The translations under genes were made by a program, and so were the position numbers. A stretch of 32,000 nucleotides of DNA, taken from Bacilli bacterium. Lineage in GTDB: Bacteria > Bacillota_I > Bacilli_A > RF39 > UBA660. A model generated the notes under the pieces. It saw only the letters and a list, made by a program, of their open reading frames with translations. It was not told the DNA's origin and ran no database searches. Numbering within the stretch: position 1 is the stretch's first letter; each line of letters begins with the position of its first letter. Shown piece by piece: positions 1-10,017 of the stretch. Location of the stretch: positions 95,880 to 127,879 of the forward strand of contig JAFRZY010000006.1 of assembly GCA_017442305.1 (NCBI GenBank), read 5' to 3'.

Positions 1-103
1 TGAAGTACTTGTCAAATTACAAGAATCTGAAAATAATGATTAATAAATAATTACTATTAGAAATATTTTATGATAAAATTATATAGTAGGAAGGTTGATA
101 GAA

Positions 104-646
104 ATGGCAAAGAAAAAAAGTTTGAAATATATACCAACTAAAAATTATATTATTGCAGCTTTGTTAATAGCAGTTTCTATATTCTTAGTATTTTATTTGT
201 TTGAATGGTATAAAGTTAAACAAATTGATAAGTATGGTAGAAGTTATTTAATGGAAAGTAATACTTTAAATTTAGAAATTAAAAGTTTTGAAGAAATACC
301 AATAGTACTTATGGAAGCTCCATCAGATTATTTTGTGTTTATAAATTATCTAAATGAAAAAGCAAATTACAAATTAGAAAAAAATCTAAAAAAAATTATT
401 GATGATTACAACTTAAAAGATATTTTCTATTACATGAATGTTACTGATATCAGAGAAAAAGATGATGATTATATAAATAATTTAAATAAACATTTTAATA
501 GTGATGATAAAATTAAAAATGTTCCTGTAATACTTTATTATCGCAGCGGAAAACTTACAGAAGTAATTAATTCCAACGAAGATAATATAATATCAGCATC
601 AGAGCTAAAAAAAATATTAGAAATATACGAAATAAAAAAGCCATAA
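104..646 (+). CDS. membrane-anchored hypothetical protein, possibly a thioredoxin-like fold lacking CxxC
   Basis: ORF track gives 95..646. I prefer the ATG at 104 because AGGAAGG (88-94) lies 9 nt upstream. One N-terminal TM helix (IIAALLIAVSIFLVFYLF). The C-terminal VPVILYYRSGKL pattern is thioredoxin-like, but no CxxC is present. A hairpin with T-run follows. Confidence 0.55.
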   Translation: MAKKKSLKYIPTKNYIIAALLIAVSIFLVFYLFEWYKVKQIDKYGRSYLMESNTLNLEIKSFEEIPIVLMEAPSDYFVFINYLNEKANYKLEKNLKKIIDDYNLKDIFYYMNVTDIREKDDDYINNLNKHFNSDDKIKNVPVILYYRSGKLTEVINSNEDNIISASELKKILEIYEIKKP

Positions 647-657
647 GGCTTTTTTTA
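634..657 (+). terminator. rho-independent terminator
   Basis: aaaaaagcc-ataa-ggctttttt stem-loop followed by a T-run. The stop codon sits in the loop. Confidence 0.6.
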
Positions 658-715
658 TTGCTATTTTTACTATTTTAAAATATAATCTATTTAGATTTGT
701 AAATGAGGGATAATT

Positions 716-1234
716 ATGTTAAATGTTGTTTTATTTGAACCAGAAATACCAGGAAATACTGGTAATATTATGCGAACTTGTATTGCATGCAATGCTCGCC
801 TTCACCTTATCAAACCATTAGGATTCTCTTTAGATGAAAAATATATTCGTCGTAGTGGTGTAAATTATATTGATCATTGTGATTATACTGTTTACGAAAA
901 TATTGAGGATTTCTTTAGCAAAAATAAAGGCAAGTTTTTCTTCTCTACTCGTTATGGTCACAAACCACATACAAGTTTTGATTTTAGCGATAATTCAGAA
1001 AACATCTATTTTGTCTTCGGAAAAGAAAGTACAGGAATACCTCGAGATATTTTAAAACCACATTTAGATACATGTATGCGTTTACCTATGACAAGAAACG
1101 TAAGAAGTCTTAATCTTTCAAATACAGTAGCAATTGTTCTTTATGAAGCTCTAAGACAGCAAAACTATAATGATTTATTATTTGATGAACCACACAAAAG
1201 TAACACATTTATTGAAGATTATGAAACCGAGTAG
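716..1234 (+). CDS. trmL: tRNA (cytidine/uridine-2'-O)-methyltransferase, SpoU/TrmH superfamily, TrmL type
   Basis: 172 aa. N-terminal LFEPEIPGNTGNIMRTC and C-terminal SLNLSNTVAIVLYEA motifs are typical of TrmL/YibK/CspR. GAGGGA RBS precedes the ATG. Confidence 0.85.
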   Translation: MLNVVLFEPEIPGNTGNIMRTCIACNARLHLIKPLGFSLDEKYIRRSGVNYIDHCDYTVYENIEDFFSKNKGKFFFSTRYGHKPHTSFDFSDNSENIYFVFGKESTGIPRDILKPHLDTCMRLPMTRNVRSLNLSNTVAIVLYEALRQQNYNDLLFDEPHKSNTFIEDYETE

Positions 1235-1252
1235 AAATCTACTCGGTTTTTA
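1224..1252. terminator. bidirectional hairpin terminator between convergent trmL and the ATPase gene
   Basis: Perfect 11-bp stem aaaccgagtag / ctactcggttt (1224-1234 / 1239-1249), 4-nt loop, T-run. It overlaps both stop codons. Confidence 0.7.
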
Positions 1253-3862
1253 TACTCCTTTTTTTAAATGTTTTTTTCTTAAATATATTTTTCTAACCCA
1301 GTCTACTGGTATAACAGTAAAAGCAATTATTAAAACAAGTGCAAATTCACGAGCTGTAAGTCCATACGTTCTAAAAAGTGTACCGCCAAAATATATTAAA
1401 TATATTTGAACAACTACAATAAACGCTATAACAAAGATAAACACTTTATTTTTTTTAAGATTAGCTAATATATTAATTCTTTCTGAACGAGCATTAAAAG
1501 AATTAAATATTCCAATGAATATAAATAAAGCAAAATACGCTGTCATTAAATAAGCATTATTAACATCAAATCTTATAAACTCCTTAATTATAGGAGATTT
1601 TAAAAAGAAAATACATAGTAAAGCTGAATATAAACCGGTGCATATTATCTCGCCATACATATAAGAATTGATAATCGGTTCATTCTTATCTTTGGGAGGT
1701 TCATACATGTAATCGTTTAAAGGTGGTTCAAAAGAAAAAGCTAAACCAGCAAAAGTGTCCATTATCATATTTAACCATAACATTTGAATTATAGTTATTG
1801 GTGTATCAATTCCAATAAAAGGACCGATTATCGATAAAACTAAAGCACACATGTTAGTTGTTAATTGATAAATTATAAACTTTCGAATACTTTTAAACGT
1901 TGTTCTACCAAATAGTATTGCTTTACTAATAGATAAAATATTATCATCTAAAATAACTATATCAGCAGCTTCTTTGGCAACTTCTGTACCACTTCCCATT
2001 GCAAAACCGACATTAGCTTTTTTTAGGGCCGGAGCATCATTAACTCCATCACCAGTCATCCCCACTATTAAATTCATATTTTCTAAAATTTTAACTAATC
2101 TACTTTTATCTTGCGGCAAAGCCCTAGCAACTACCTTTAAGTTCATAACAAACTTTTCTATTTCTTCATCTGTATATTTATTTAATTCTTCACTAGATAG
2201 TATTATGTCTTTTTTATCATTTATTAAACCTACTTCTTTAGCAATACTTGTAGCCGTATCTTTAGCATCACCAGTAATCATAATTGTATGAATTCCTGCG
2301 CTTCTGATTAAGCTAATACCTTCTTTAGCTTCCTCACGTAATTCATCCTTAATAACTAAAAAGCCAATAAAAGTAAGATTTTCTAAAGAAGTGTTTTTAT
2401 CATTACAAGCTAAAATAATAACGCGACTCCCCGTTTTAGTAATTGCCTCTATTTTTTTTAAACAATTATTTTTATTTAAAAACAAACTTTTATCACCATT
2501 ATTATTTATAAAATGAGTACATTTTGGCATTAGTTTTTCGGCAGCACCTTTAATATAAGTTATCTTATTACCATTATCTATGGTAACTGTACTATACTTA
2601 TTTTTACTATCAAATGGTAAAGCATTAATTATTTTGACTTGACTTGCTTGTTTTTTTACAAATTTTAAAAGTGCCCTATCAGTAGAATTTCCCCCAATTA
2701 TCTCGCCTTTATGATTATACATACTGCTATTGTTATAAACTAATGATTCATACACAACTTTATGTAACTTAGGAAAAGCTTTTAAACTTAATTCGTTTTT
2801 AAACGCCACCAAATTTGCGCTTACAAATTCCGTTACTTCTAGTTTACCTTTAGTTAAAGTACCAGTCTTATCTGTAAGCAATACATTTAAACTACCGGCA
2901 GTTTCAATCCCAACCAATTTTCTTACTAAAACATTATTTTTAAGCATGCGCTTCATATTACTTGATAACACCAATGTAATCATCATTGGTAAGCCTTCAG
3001 GTACTGCAACCACTATAATAGTAACGCTAAGAGTTAAAGCATATATTATGTGATTAGCCATAGTATGAAAATCTGTAATAGTTGATATGATTAAATCAAG
3101 ATTAAAATCATTTTTTATAACTATTACAGAAAATAAATAAGAGAGTGTAACCAAAATTGCCCCAATATAGCCTAATCTACTTATAACATTTGCTAAACCT
3201 CTTAATCTTAGTTTTAGAGGACTTACCGGTTCTTTTTCTTGAACTTCACGAGCTAAAGCACCATATATAGTTTTATCTCCTACACTGGTTACTACCATTT
3301 TACCTTCTTTAGAATAAACAACTGAGCCTCGAAAAACTTGATTCTCTTTTTTAGGAGAACTGGAGACAATTAATACACTTGTTTTAGTTACTTCTTTAGT
3401 CTCACCATTTAAAGCAGATTCATCTACTGTTATTACCCCTTCTATTAAATAACCATCAGCGGGGATTCTATCACCGCTTGCAAGAATTACAATATCATTG
3501 GTAACAACATCATCTATATTTATTTCCACAACTTTTCCATTTCGTAATACTTTTACTCTTATCTTAGATGATTCTTCTTGTAAACGCGCAAAAGCTGCTT
3601 CACTACCATATTCTGATAAAGAAGAAATAAATGATGCTAAAAATATAGCTATTAAAATACCAATTGTTTCATACCAATCAAAGTCTTTAAATAGAAATAA
3701 AACTTTAATAGCTAATGCAATTAAAAGAATTCTAATAATAGGATCACCTAACGACTCTAAAAGCAATTTAAAAAAGCCATTACGCTTCACTTGAGTAATT
3801 TTGTTTGTTCCATTTAGTTTTCGTTCCACATTTACTTCTTCATCAGTTAATCCGTTTTTCAT
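1250..3862 (-). CDS. P-type cation-transporting ATPase, Ca2+-type (P2)
   Basis: 870 aa. DKTGTLT phosphorylation motif, TGDGVNDAPALKKA hinge, PEGLP in TM4, multiple TM helices at both ends. AGGAGG RBS. Confidence 0.9.
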   Translation of the reverse strand: MKNGLTDEEVNVERKLNGTNKITQVKRNGFFKLLLESLGDPIIRILLIALAIKVLFLFKDFDWYETIGILIAIFLASFISSLSEYGSEAAFARLQEESSKIRVKVLRNGKVVEINIDDVVTNDIVILASGDRIPADGYLIEGVITVDESALNGETKEVTKTSVLIVSSSPKKENQVFRGSVVYSKEGKMVVTSVGDKTIYGALAREVQEKEPVSPLKLRLRGLANVISRLGYIGAILVTLSYLFSVIVIKNDFNLDLIISTITDFHTMANHIIYALTLSVTIIVVAVPEGLPMMITLVLSSNMKRMLKNNVLVRKLVGIETAGSLNVLLTDKTGTLTKGKLEVTEFVSANLVAFKNELSLKAFPKLHKVVYESLVYNNSSMYNHKGEIIGGNSTDRALLKFVKKQASQVKIINALPFDSKNKYSTVTIDNGNKITYIKGAAEKLMPKCTHFINNNGDKSLFLNKNNCLKKIEAITKTGSRVIILACNDKNTSLENLTFIGFLVIKDELREEAKEGISLIRSAGIHTIMITGDAKDTATSIAKEVGLINDKKDIILSSEELNKYTDEEIEKFVMNLKVVARALPQDKSRLVKILENMNLIVGMTGDGVNDAPALKKANVGFAMGSGTEVAKEAADIVILDDNILSISKAILFGRTTFKSIRKFIIYQLTTNMCALVLSIIGPFIGIDTPITIIQMLWLNMIMDTFAGLAFSFEPPLNDYMYEPPKDKNEPIINSYMYGEIICTGLYSALLCIFFLKSPIIKEFIRFDVNNAYLMTAYFALFIFIGIFNSFNARSERINILANLKKNKVFIFVIAFIVVVQIYLIYFGGTLFRTYGLTAREFALVLIIAFTVIPVDWVRKIYLRKKHLKKGV

Positions 3863-3913
3863 CTCTGCTTGTCCTCCTAAAAAATTATATGAGACAAGCT
3901 ATAAAATTAACAC

Positions 3914-3937
3914 AAAAAAAGATAGCTGATGCTATCT
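3914..3937 (-). terminator. rho-independent terminator of the ABC transporter gene
   Basis: agatagc-tgat-gctatct stem-loop. On the minus strand it is followed by T7. It overlaps the TAG stop at 3936-3938. Confidence 0.65.
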
Positions 3938-6239
3938 ATTCAGTTCTAAGGGCAATTACCGGATCTTTTTTACTAGCCATTTTAGCAGGCAACCAACCAC
4001 CTATTAATGTAAGGATTACGCTTATGGTTATTAAAATAAGAGCATGAATCGGATTTAAAATTGCAACATTCTCTAAATTAGTTAAATTAAGTAATAAAGC
4101 ATTTACCGGAAATAATAGTAGTCTCGCAATTAAAATACCTAATAAACCAGATGCAACACCTATTATAAAAGTTTCAGCATTAAATACTCGAGAAATATCT
4201 CTTTTTCGAGCACCCAAACTTCTTAAAATACCAATTTCTTTAGTCCTTTCTAAAACTGATATATACATAATAATACCTATCATTATAGAAGATACTACTA
4301 ATGAGATACCAGAAAACGCAACTAAAACTATTGTTATAGCGTCCATAATATCACTAGATAAAGAAGACATTATTTCTGCTTGATCTGTATAAACAATTTT
4401 GTCTTCAATATCTTTATCTTCGTTAAATTTATCTAAATAATTAATAACTTCTTCTTTAGCTTCAAAATCTCGAGGATAAAGCGCAATATAATAAGGAGAT
4501 GATTCTTTTCCTAAATGTGCTAAAGTTGATTCATATAACATTTTACTTTCCGGGTTATTGAAATCATATGGTTCACCGGTTAAAACGTTGTACTCACTCT
4601 TTTGTTGCTTTTTAACAATATCAGAATCCTTATTTTCATCAATTACATATTCAAGTAAATCTTCGGTATATGCTAAACCTGAGGCAGCAATATAACTAGG
4701 AAAATCTTCTTTTAATCGAATAATTCCAACCACTTCTAAAGATTCAGAATTATTATACAATTTATTTAAATCCGTGTTAATTGAAAAATAAGAGCCATTA
4801 TTAACATAGTAATCATTATTTAATACAAGTTTGATTTCAGAACCGATTATATCTTTAAAAGCAACTTTATCTTTACTTTCTAATCCTAAAGCTTTTATTA
4901 CGTTTAAAGATACATGATTTTTACTATCGACTATTAAAACTAATTCATTATAAGCTTTAGCTTCTCTACCAGCTAAAACATCATATCTTTCTTCAATTAC
5001 TGTTTTCTTATCCTCATCCAAACTTTTAGGAATGCTGCTTATATTTAACTTAGAATTATCTAATATTGTGATCTTATTATCTATCTTATTAACTAAATTT
5101 AAGCCAGTATAACGCATGTATGAAATACCTGAAACAAATTCTGAATCAGCACTTTCTAAATATTTGATAAAATCTTCGGTAATATTATTTTTATGAATAA
5201 CCGTTTCAATTATTTCTTCTTCTGGAATTACATAATCTATATCTTGATATGTATCATCAGTATTTGATACTTCGTTTTGTAATTCCATCATAGTCTCTTC
5301 ATCTAAATTCATTGATTGCTCACTTATAATAATAGGCATACTAGATAAAGTATTTCTTTCAAATGTATCAATTTGCTTATCAAAACCATTTGATAAACTT
5401 AATATCAACGCGATTCCAATAATACCGATCGATGAAGCAAAAGCAGTTAACAAGGTTCTTCCTTTTTTAGTACGAATATTATTAAGCGACAACTTTAATG
5501 CTGTTAAGAAACTCATAGCAGTTTTTTTTATATTATAAGTTGCCTCGTTTTTTTCACTTTTTTCAATCGGGTTAGAATCTTCGGTAATTTTACCATCTTT
5601 CATCGAAATAATTCTAGTTGAATATTCTTTAGCTAATTCCGGATTATGAGTAACCATAATTACCAATTTGTCTTTAGCTATTTCTTTTATAAGTTCCATT
5701 ATTTGAACACTTGTTTTAGAATCTAGAGCCCCCGTCGGTTCATCAGCCAAAATTATATCAGGATCATTAGCTAAAGCTCTGGCAATAGCAACCCTTTGCA
5801 TTTGTCCACCAGAAAGTTGATTTGGTTTTTTGTGTGCGTGTTCTAAAAGCCCAACTTTTTTTAAAACCTCTAAAGCTTTTTTTCGACGCACTTTAGATGA
5901 TATTCCGCTTAAAGTCATACCCATTTCAACATTTTCTAAAACATTAATGTGTGAAATTAAATTATAGTTTTGAAAAACAAATCCAATACAATTATTACGG
6001 TATGCATCCCAATCTGTTGCCTTAAATTTTTTTGTTGATTTATTGTTTATAACTAAATCTCCTGAGTCATATCTATCAAGACCACCGATTATATTTAAAA
6101 GTGTTGTTTTACCACTTCCGCTAGGTCCTAATATAGCTACAAATTCATTTTGTCTAAACTCTAAAGAAACATCTTTTAAAGCATTTTGTGTAAAATCACC
6201 AGTTGTATAACTTTTATTTATCTTTTTTAATTTTAGCAT
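3936..6239 (-). CDS. fused ABC transporter ATP-binding protein / FtsX-family permease (MacB-like)
   Basis: 767 aa. Walker [10 protein letters not shown], signature [15 protein letters not shown], Walker B IILADEPT. These are followed by a TM helix, a large extracytoplasmic domain and a C-terminal FtsX-type TM bundle. AGGAG RBS. Confidence 0.9.
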   Translation of the reverse strand: MLKLKKINKSYTTGDFTQNALKDVSLEFRQNEFVAILGPSGSGKTTLLNIIGGLDRYDSGDLVINNKSTKKFKATDWDAYRNNCIGFVFQNYNLISHINVLENVEMGMTLSGISSKVRRKKALEVLKKVGLLEHAHKKPNQLSGGQMQRVAIARALANDPDIILADEPTGALDSKTSVQIMELIKEIAKDKLVIMVTHNPELAKEYSTRIISMKDGKITEDSNPIEKSEKNEATYNIKKTAMSFLTALKLSLNNIRTKKGRTLLTAFASSIGIIGIALILSLSNGFDKQIDTFERNTLSSMPIIISEQSMNLDEETMMELQNEVSNTDDTYQDIDYVIPEEEIIETVIHKNNITEDFIKYLESADSEFVSGISYMRYTGLNLVNKIDNKITILDNSKLNISSIPKSLDEDKKTVIEERYDVLAGREAKAYNELVLIVDSKNHVSLNVIKALGLESKDKVAFKDIIGSEIKLVLNNDYYVNNGSYFSINTDLNKLYNNSESLEVVGIIRLKEDFPSYIAASGLAYTEDLLEYVIDENKDSDIVKKQQKSEYNVLTGEPYDFNNPESKMLYESTLAHLGKESSPYYIALYPRDFEAKEEVINYLDKFNEDKDIEDKIVYTDQAEIMSSLSSDIMDAITIVLVAFSGISLVVSSIMIGIIMYISVLERTKEIGILRSLGARKRDISRVFNAETFIIGVASGLLGILIARLLLFPVNALLLNLTNLENVAILNPIHALILITISVILTLIGGWLPAKMASKKDPVIALRTE

Positions 6240-6297
6240 TTTTTATCTCCTTTTTCTAACTCAATAAGCCACCCACACTATTTGTTAGATAATAAAT

Positions 6298-6326
6298 ATT
6301 ATAGTACTATTTAGTTAAGTGGTCAA
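6298..6326 (-). promoter_or_regulatory. near-consensus sigma-A promoter for the ABC transporter gene
   Basis: Minus strand reads TTGACC (6326-6321), a 17-nt spacer, then TATAAT (6303-6298), about 55 nt upstream of the ATG at 6239. Confidence 0.55.
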
Positions 6327-6360
6327 ATTAAAAAGATTACCAAAAAGTTTATTATTACTT

Positions 6361-8502
6361 TTAATTAATTTGAAAATTTTGATATTTTGCAATAATATTT
6401 TTAACATTTCGCAAACCATACTTTTCAAATTCTGATTCAGCTATTATTTTTTCGATATTTAAATTATTATCTAAATTTAATTTTTTGAGATATTCTCGAA
6501 CTGCAGCCTCATCAATATTAACAAATTCAATTACATCGTTAAATCGGCCAATTATTTCTTTCGTAAGGATTTCTTCAATATTATTATTGCTACTGTTACT
6601 AAATCCCATTTTGATATTATTAACTACATTTGATGTCATAAATATACAAGTATTTTCAAAATATATTTTCTCACCTTTGGAATCTGTAATAAATCCTTCA
6701 TCCAATATTTGTAAAAATAAATTTAAAACTTTAGGATGAGCTTTTTCAATTTCATCTACTAAGATGATTGAATAAGGATTTAATTTTACTTGTTTAAAAA
6801 CACATTCATCATCATAGCCAATATAACCCGCACTAGTACCTATTAACTTATTAACTGAGGTTTCCAAATTATATTCACTCATATCTAAACGAATAAGTTT
6901 GCTTTTCTTAGATAAAGATTGGGCAATTACTTTTACAGTTTCAGTTTTTCCAACCCCAGTTGGTCCTACCAACAGAAGAGATAAAGGTTTATTGGTACCA
7001 TTTAATTTTACTTTTAAATTACTAAGTATTTTTTTAATAGCTGCTTTTTGACCTATGATATTTTTGTTTAAATTATTTTTTATTGCATTAAAAATGAGCT
7101 CTTTATCTTCTAATATTGGAATATTACTTTTATTTTCAATGACTTTTAATATATCTTCTTTAGTTATTATTAAACATCTATTTTTTATAATATTTTCAAT
7201 TTTATCTTTTAATTTAATTTCTTCTTTTCTTAAAGTTAAGGCTTTATCAAAATCATTTAACAAAACACACTTTTCTTTTTCTTTAGTAATATTATCTAAT
7301 TTGATTTTTAATTTATTTATTAAAGTAATCTCTTTAGTTTTGTTTTTGACTTTAGCACATACAGTATCCAAAAGATCTATTGCTTTATCTGGATTGTTTT
7401 TATTGTGAATATATTTATTTGATAATGAAACTATATCATTTATATTTTCTTCACTAATTGTAATATTATGATGATTTTCATATTCAGTTTTGATATTTCG
7501 GATAATTTCCTTAGTCTCATCTGCATCAGGTTCTTCTATAAAGATGTATTCAAATCGTCTTTCTAAAGCCTTATCTTTTGCAATAAACTTATTATATTCC
7601 TCAACCGTTGTTGCTCCAATACATTTTATATCGCCTCTAGCTAAATACGGTTTTAATATATCACTAGCATTTATAGCACCTTCTGCTCCACCAGCATTAA
7701 CCATCGTATGAATTTCATCGATAAACAAAATAATATTCTTTTCATTAATTATTTCTTTTATTATTTTAGTAAGTTTTTCTTCAAACTCCCCACGATATTT
7801 TGTGCCCGCTACTAAAGAACCCATTTCTAACGAAATAATTTTTTTATCCTGTAATTCTTCTGGAACATTTTTATTAATTATCATTCTTGTAAGCTCTTCT
7901 ATAATAGCAGTTTTACCCACTCCTGCTTTACCAACCAACAAAGGATTATTTTTCTTTTTTCGCAAAAGAGTTTCAATTATAATTTCTATTTCATTATTGC
8001 GACCTACTACTGATTCACTTAATGATACATATTCGTTTAGCAGTGTTCCAATTTCATATATTTCTAATTTACTTTTATGTACATTACTATGATGTAATTC
8101 CTTATATAAACCATCCAAATCAACGTCCATACCAACTAACAACCGAATTGCAATTCCCTCTCCTTCTTCAAGCATTGCAAGTAATAAATGATTAATGGTT
8201 ACTAATCCATTATTATTTTCTTTAGCATCATCTAAAGCATTTAAAATTACCCTTTTTAATAAAGGGGTATAAAGGTTTAATTCGCTTCCTTTAGTTGCAC
8301 TGCCTACAACTTTTATTAGTTCTTTTCTAAATTTATCATAGGTTAAATTATATTGCTTTAAAGTATCTACAACCTGATCTTTTGATTTAAGTATTGCAAG
8401 TAATAAGTGTTCACTTCCTACATAAGGATGTTTTAATATAAATCTTTCTTCTTCTGCTTCTTTAAATAGTTTTGTTATTTCTAATCCAAAATTTTCAAAC
8501 AT
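6361..8502 (-). CDS. clpC: ATP-dependent Clp protease ATP-binding subunit, ClpC-like (short, 713 aa)
   Basis: Two Clp_N repeats. AAA+ D1 Walker A GKAGVGKT with ILFIDEIH. D2 Walker A GPTGVGKT with IILVDEIEKA. A KMGF loop resembles the ClpP-docking (I/L)GF tripeptide. AGGAGG RBS. Confidence 0.85.
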   Translation of the reverse strand: MFENFGLEITKLFKEAEEERFILKHPYVGSEHLLLAILKSKDQVVDTLKQYNLTYDKFRKELIKVVGSATKGSELNLYTPLLKRVILNALDDAKENNNGLVTINHLLLAMLEEGEGIAIRLLVGMDVDLDGLYKELHHSNVHKSKLEIYEIGTLLNEYVSLSESVVGRNNEIEIIIETLLRKKKNNPLLVGKAGVGKTAIIEELTRMIINKNVPEELQDKKIISLEMGSLVAGTKYRGEFEEKLTKIIKEIINEKNIILFIDEIHTMVNAGGAEGAINASDILKPYLARGDIKCIGATTVEEYNKFIAKDKALERRFEYIFIEEPDADETKEIIRNIKTEYENHHNITISEENINDIVSLSNKYIHNKNNPDKAIDLLDTVCAKVKNKTKEITLINKLKIKLDNITKEKEKCVLLNDFDKALTLRKEEIKLKDKIENIIKNRCLIITKEDILKVIENKSNIPILEDKELIFNAIKNNLNKNIIGQKAAIKKILSNLKVKLNGTNKPLSLLLVGPTGVGKTETVKVIAQSLSKKSKLIRLDMSEYNLETSVNKLIGTSAGYIGYDDECVFKQVKLNPYSIILVDEIEKAHPKVLNLFLQILDEGFITDSKGEKIYFENTCIFMTSNVVNNIKMGFSNSSNNNIEEILTKEIIGRFNDVIEFVNIDEAAVREYLKKLNLDNNLNIEKIIAESEFEKYGLRNVKNIIAKYQNFQIN

Positions 8503-8558
8503 AGAATCCTCCTTTTTAATTCTATGTTAGTTATGTATTTTTAATTATAATTTTATAC

Positions 8559-8586
8559 AAAAAAATAGTTAACATTTGTTAACTAT
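8559..8586 (-). terminator. rho-independent terminator
   Basis: 9-bp stem atagttaac / gttaactat (8565-8573 / 8578-8586), 4-nt loop. A T-run follows on the minus strand. It overlaps the stop codon of the 8583..9899 gene. Confidence 0.65.
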
Positions 8587-9899
8587 TCTATTACAATTTC
8601 ATATGGTGAGTTTGTATCTATTCTTCCGTTACCAGTAAATGTTACATTACCTTTTAAGTTAATAACTGGGCGAACACCTAAAGATTCAAATGCAGCCGAT
8701 GTACTAATTAAAGTACCCCTTAAAAGCCAAGCATTTGCGGTTCCGTCATTACAGCTACTAGGTGAGGAAGTCCAATAACTTTCACCACTATACAAATAAT
8801 GTGTCTCCCAACCATCTATTGCTCCGGCAAACACAATCTCATCTGCAGTTAATAATCCTACCGGATTATTTAATAAACCATTACCTTTCTTTTCGCTTGT
8901 TGTATATCTATCACTTTTGTTTGTACATTTCAATTCAGGACTTTTGACTTCTACTCTCCATGTAGGACCATAGTTTATACCTACTGATACAGCTAGCGCT
9001 GGATTGTCAATTAAATCAAAGTTATAATCATAATAATCATAACTTTGTATTTCACGATCATTACAAAAGATACCATCTGCTATATATTTTTCGTAGTTTT
9101 CTTTTAGATTAGCTTCATACCAGTCATCTACTACACCTTTAATTGTACTATCTGTTTCAACACCATTTACATCATATGTATATCCTACATATTTAGTATC
9201 ATCTGCATCTCCATTATACGCGGTACTCGCAATGGATGCTGTATGTGCTACTCCATTAGCTATCGGACTTGTTCCATCATAAATCATACGAATGGTTCCG
9301 TCGCCATTAATTCTGATGATTCGCCAATACATTGAATCATTATTTGAATTAAAACCAAATTTTACATAATTATTCGTAGACCCTCCTCTAAAATAGTAAG
9401 AAGTTCCTAAATCATCTTCGGCTTTATATAAATTAGTATTTGCCTCATGAGCTGATGTATCAAAATTTGGAGTGGTTTCAACTATGGTACTATTAGCTAT
9501 AATTGCTTTAGCAAGAGCTCCTAGTTCATTAAAATACATTGTGCATTTTTCTTTTCCGTTTAATCCTTCAATTTCTGCTTTGCCATTAACATAATTTATA
9601 GTTGCGCCATTTACACAATAACTCTTTTCCAAATCAAAAACATAACCTTCTGTTGGTATCTCTTCAACATAGTTTACAGTACCATCTTCTTCAACTAGTT
9701 TAACCGCAATAGTTAAATCTCTTTTTTCAAAAAAATCTATATTACCTTTTAAAATGTTATATGAATTGGTAACTTTGTAAGCTGCATATGTTCCGTATAT
9801 GGTTACACCAATTAATAAAAACATTACTACTAGGCCCGCTATAATCAACGGTTTCTTTTTGTTTTCTTTAATTTTATAATTAAATTTTTTTAATCCCAT
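8583..9899 (-). CDS. membrane-anchored surface protein, non-diversified paralog of the DGR target; C-terminal DUF1566/DUF6273-like (CLec-like) module
   Basis: 438 aa. N-terminal TM anchor (LIIAGLVVMFLLIGVTIYGTYAAY). The central block MYWRIIRINGDGTIRMIYDGTSP...YEKYIADGIFCNDREI is about 84% identical (my hand count, about 95 aa) to ORF 31278..31928. C-terminal motif YWTSSP...GVRPVINLK. Confidence 0.7.
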   Translation of the reverse strand: MGLKKFNYKIKENKKKPLIIAGLVVMFLLIGVTIYGTYAAYKVTNSYNILKGNIDFFEKRDLTIAVKLVEEDGTVNYVEEIPTEGYVFDLEKSYCVNGATINYVNGKAEIEGLNGKEKCTMYFNELGALAKAIIANSTIVETTPNFDTSAHEANTNLYKAEDDLGTSYYFRGGSTNNYVKFGFNSNNDSMYWRIIRINGDGTIRMIYDGTSPIANGVAHTASIASTAYNGDADDTKYVGYTYDVNGVETDSTIKGVVDDWYEANLKENYEKYIADGIFCNDREIQSYDYYDYNFDLIDNPALAVSVGINYGPTWRVEVKSPELKCTNKSDRYTTSEKKGNGLLNNPVGLLTADEIVFAGAIDGWETHYLYSGESYWTSSPSSCNDGTANAWLLRGTLISTSAAFESLGVRPVINLKGNVTFTGNGRIDTNSPYEIVIE

Positions 9900-9982
9900 A
9901 ACCTAGCCTACTTTCTATACTACTACTGTTAGTATAATATATTTCGCAAATTTTATCAAGACTCGATGAGCTTTTTATAAAC

Positions 9983-10009
9983 AAAAAAAGAACTTCTTTT
10001 TGAAGTTCT
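9983..10009 (-). terminator. rho-independent terminator
   Basis: agaacttc-ttttt-gaagttct stem-loop (9989-10009). T7 follows on the minus strand, downstream of the stop at 10018. Confidence 0.65.
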
Positions 10010-10017
10010 CTAATTTA

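Noticed and set aside
1-43. Short open frame ending at TAA 41-43 (..EVLVKLQESENND*), possibly the 3-prime end of an upstream plus-strand gene
   Set aside because: Only 14 codons are visible, so there is no way to identify it or even confirm that it is coding.
1974-8092. Antisense or alternative-frame ORFs inside large genes. The same applies to others outside this span: 870..1055, 1170..1409, 8762..8947, 11048..11494, 16534..16746, 17062..17277, 21215..21433, 22628..22876, 24543..24746, 28129..28767 and 31325..31606. Within the span they are 1974..2291, 3498..3794, 3805..4047, 6485..6739, 7055..7408, 7490..7711 and 7802..8092.
   Set aside because: All lie opposite to or overlapping confidently assigned genes. 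They have low-complexity Leu/Ile/Ser/Phe-rich translations typical of AT-rich antisense frames, and they lack RBS motifs.
8503-8582. CtsR operator (tandem GGTCAAA repeats) upstream of clpC
   Set aside because: No GGTCAAA direct repeat is present in the upstream region. A single GGTCAAA at 6321-6327 is part of the -35 region of another gene's promoter.
8640-8790. Possible second (remote) VR at the C-terminus of the paralog 8583..9899
   Set aside because: Only an 11-nt match (ataactgggcg) to the VR/TR 3-prime end. The loop-coding sequence does not align to TR and its length differs (27 vs 31 codons). The differences are not adenine-restricted, and the GC-rich IMH-like 17-mer is absent.
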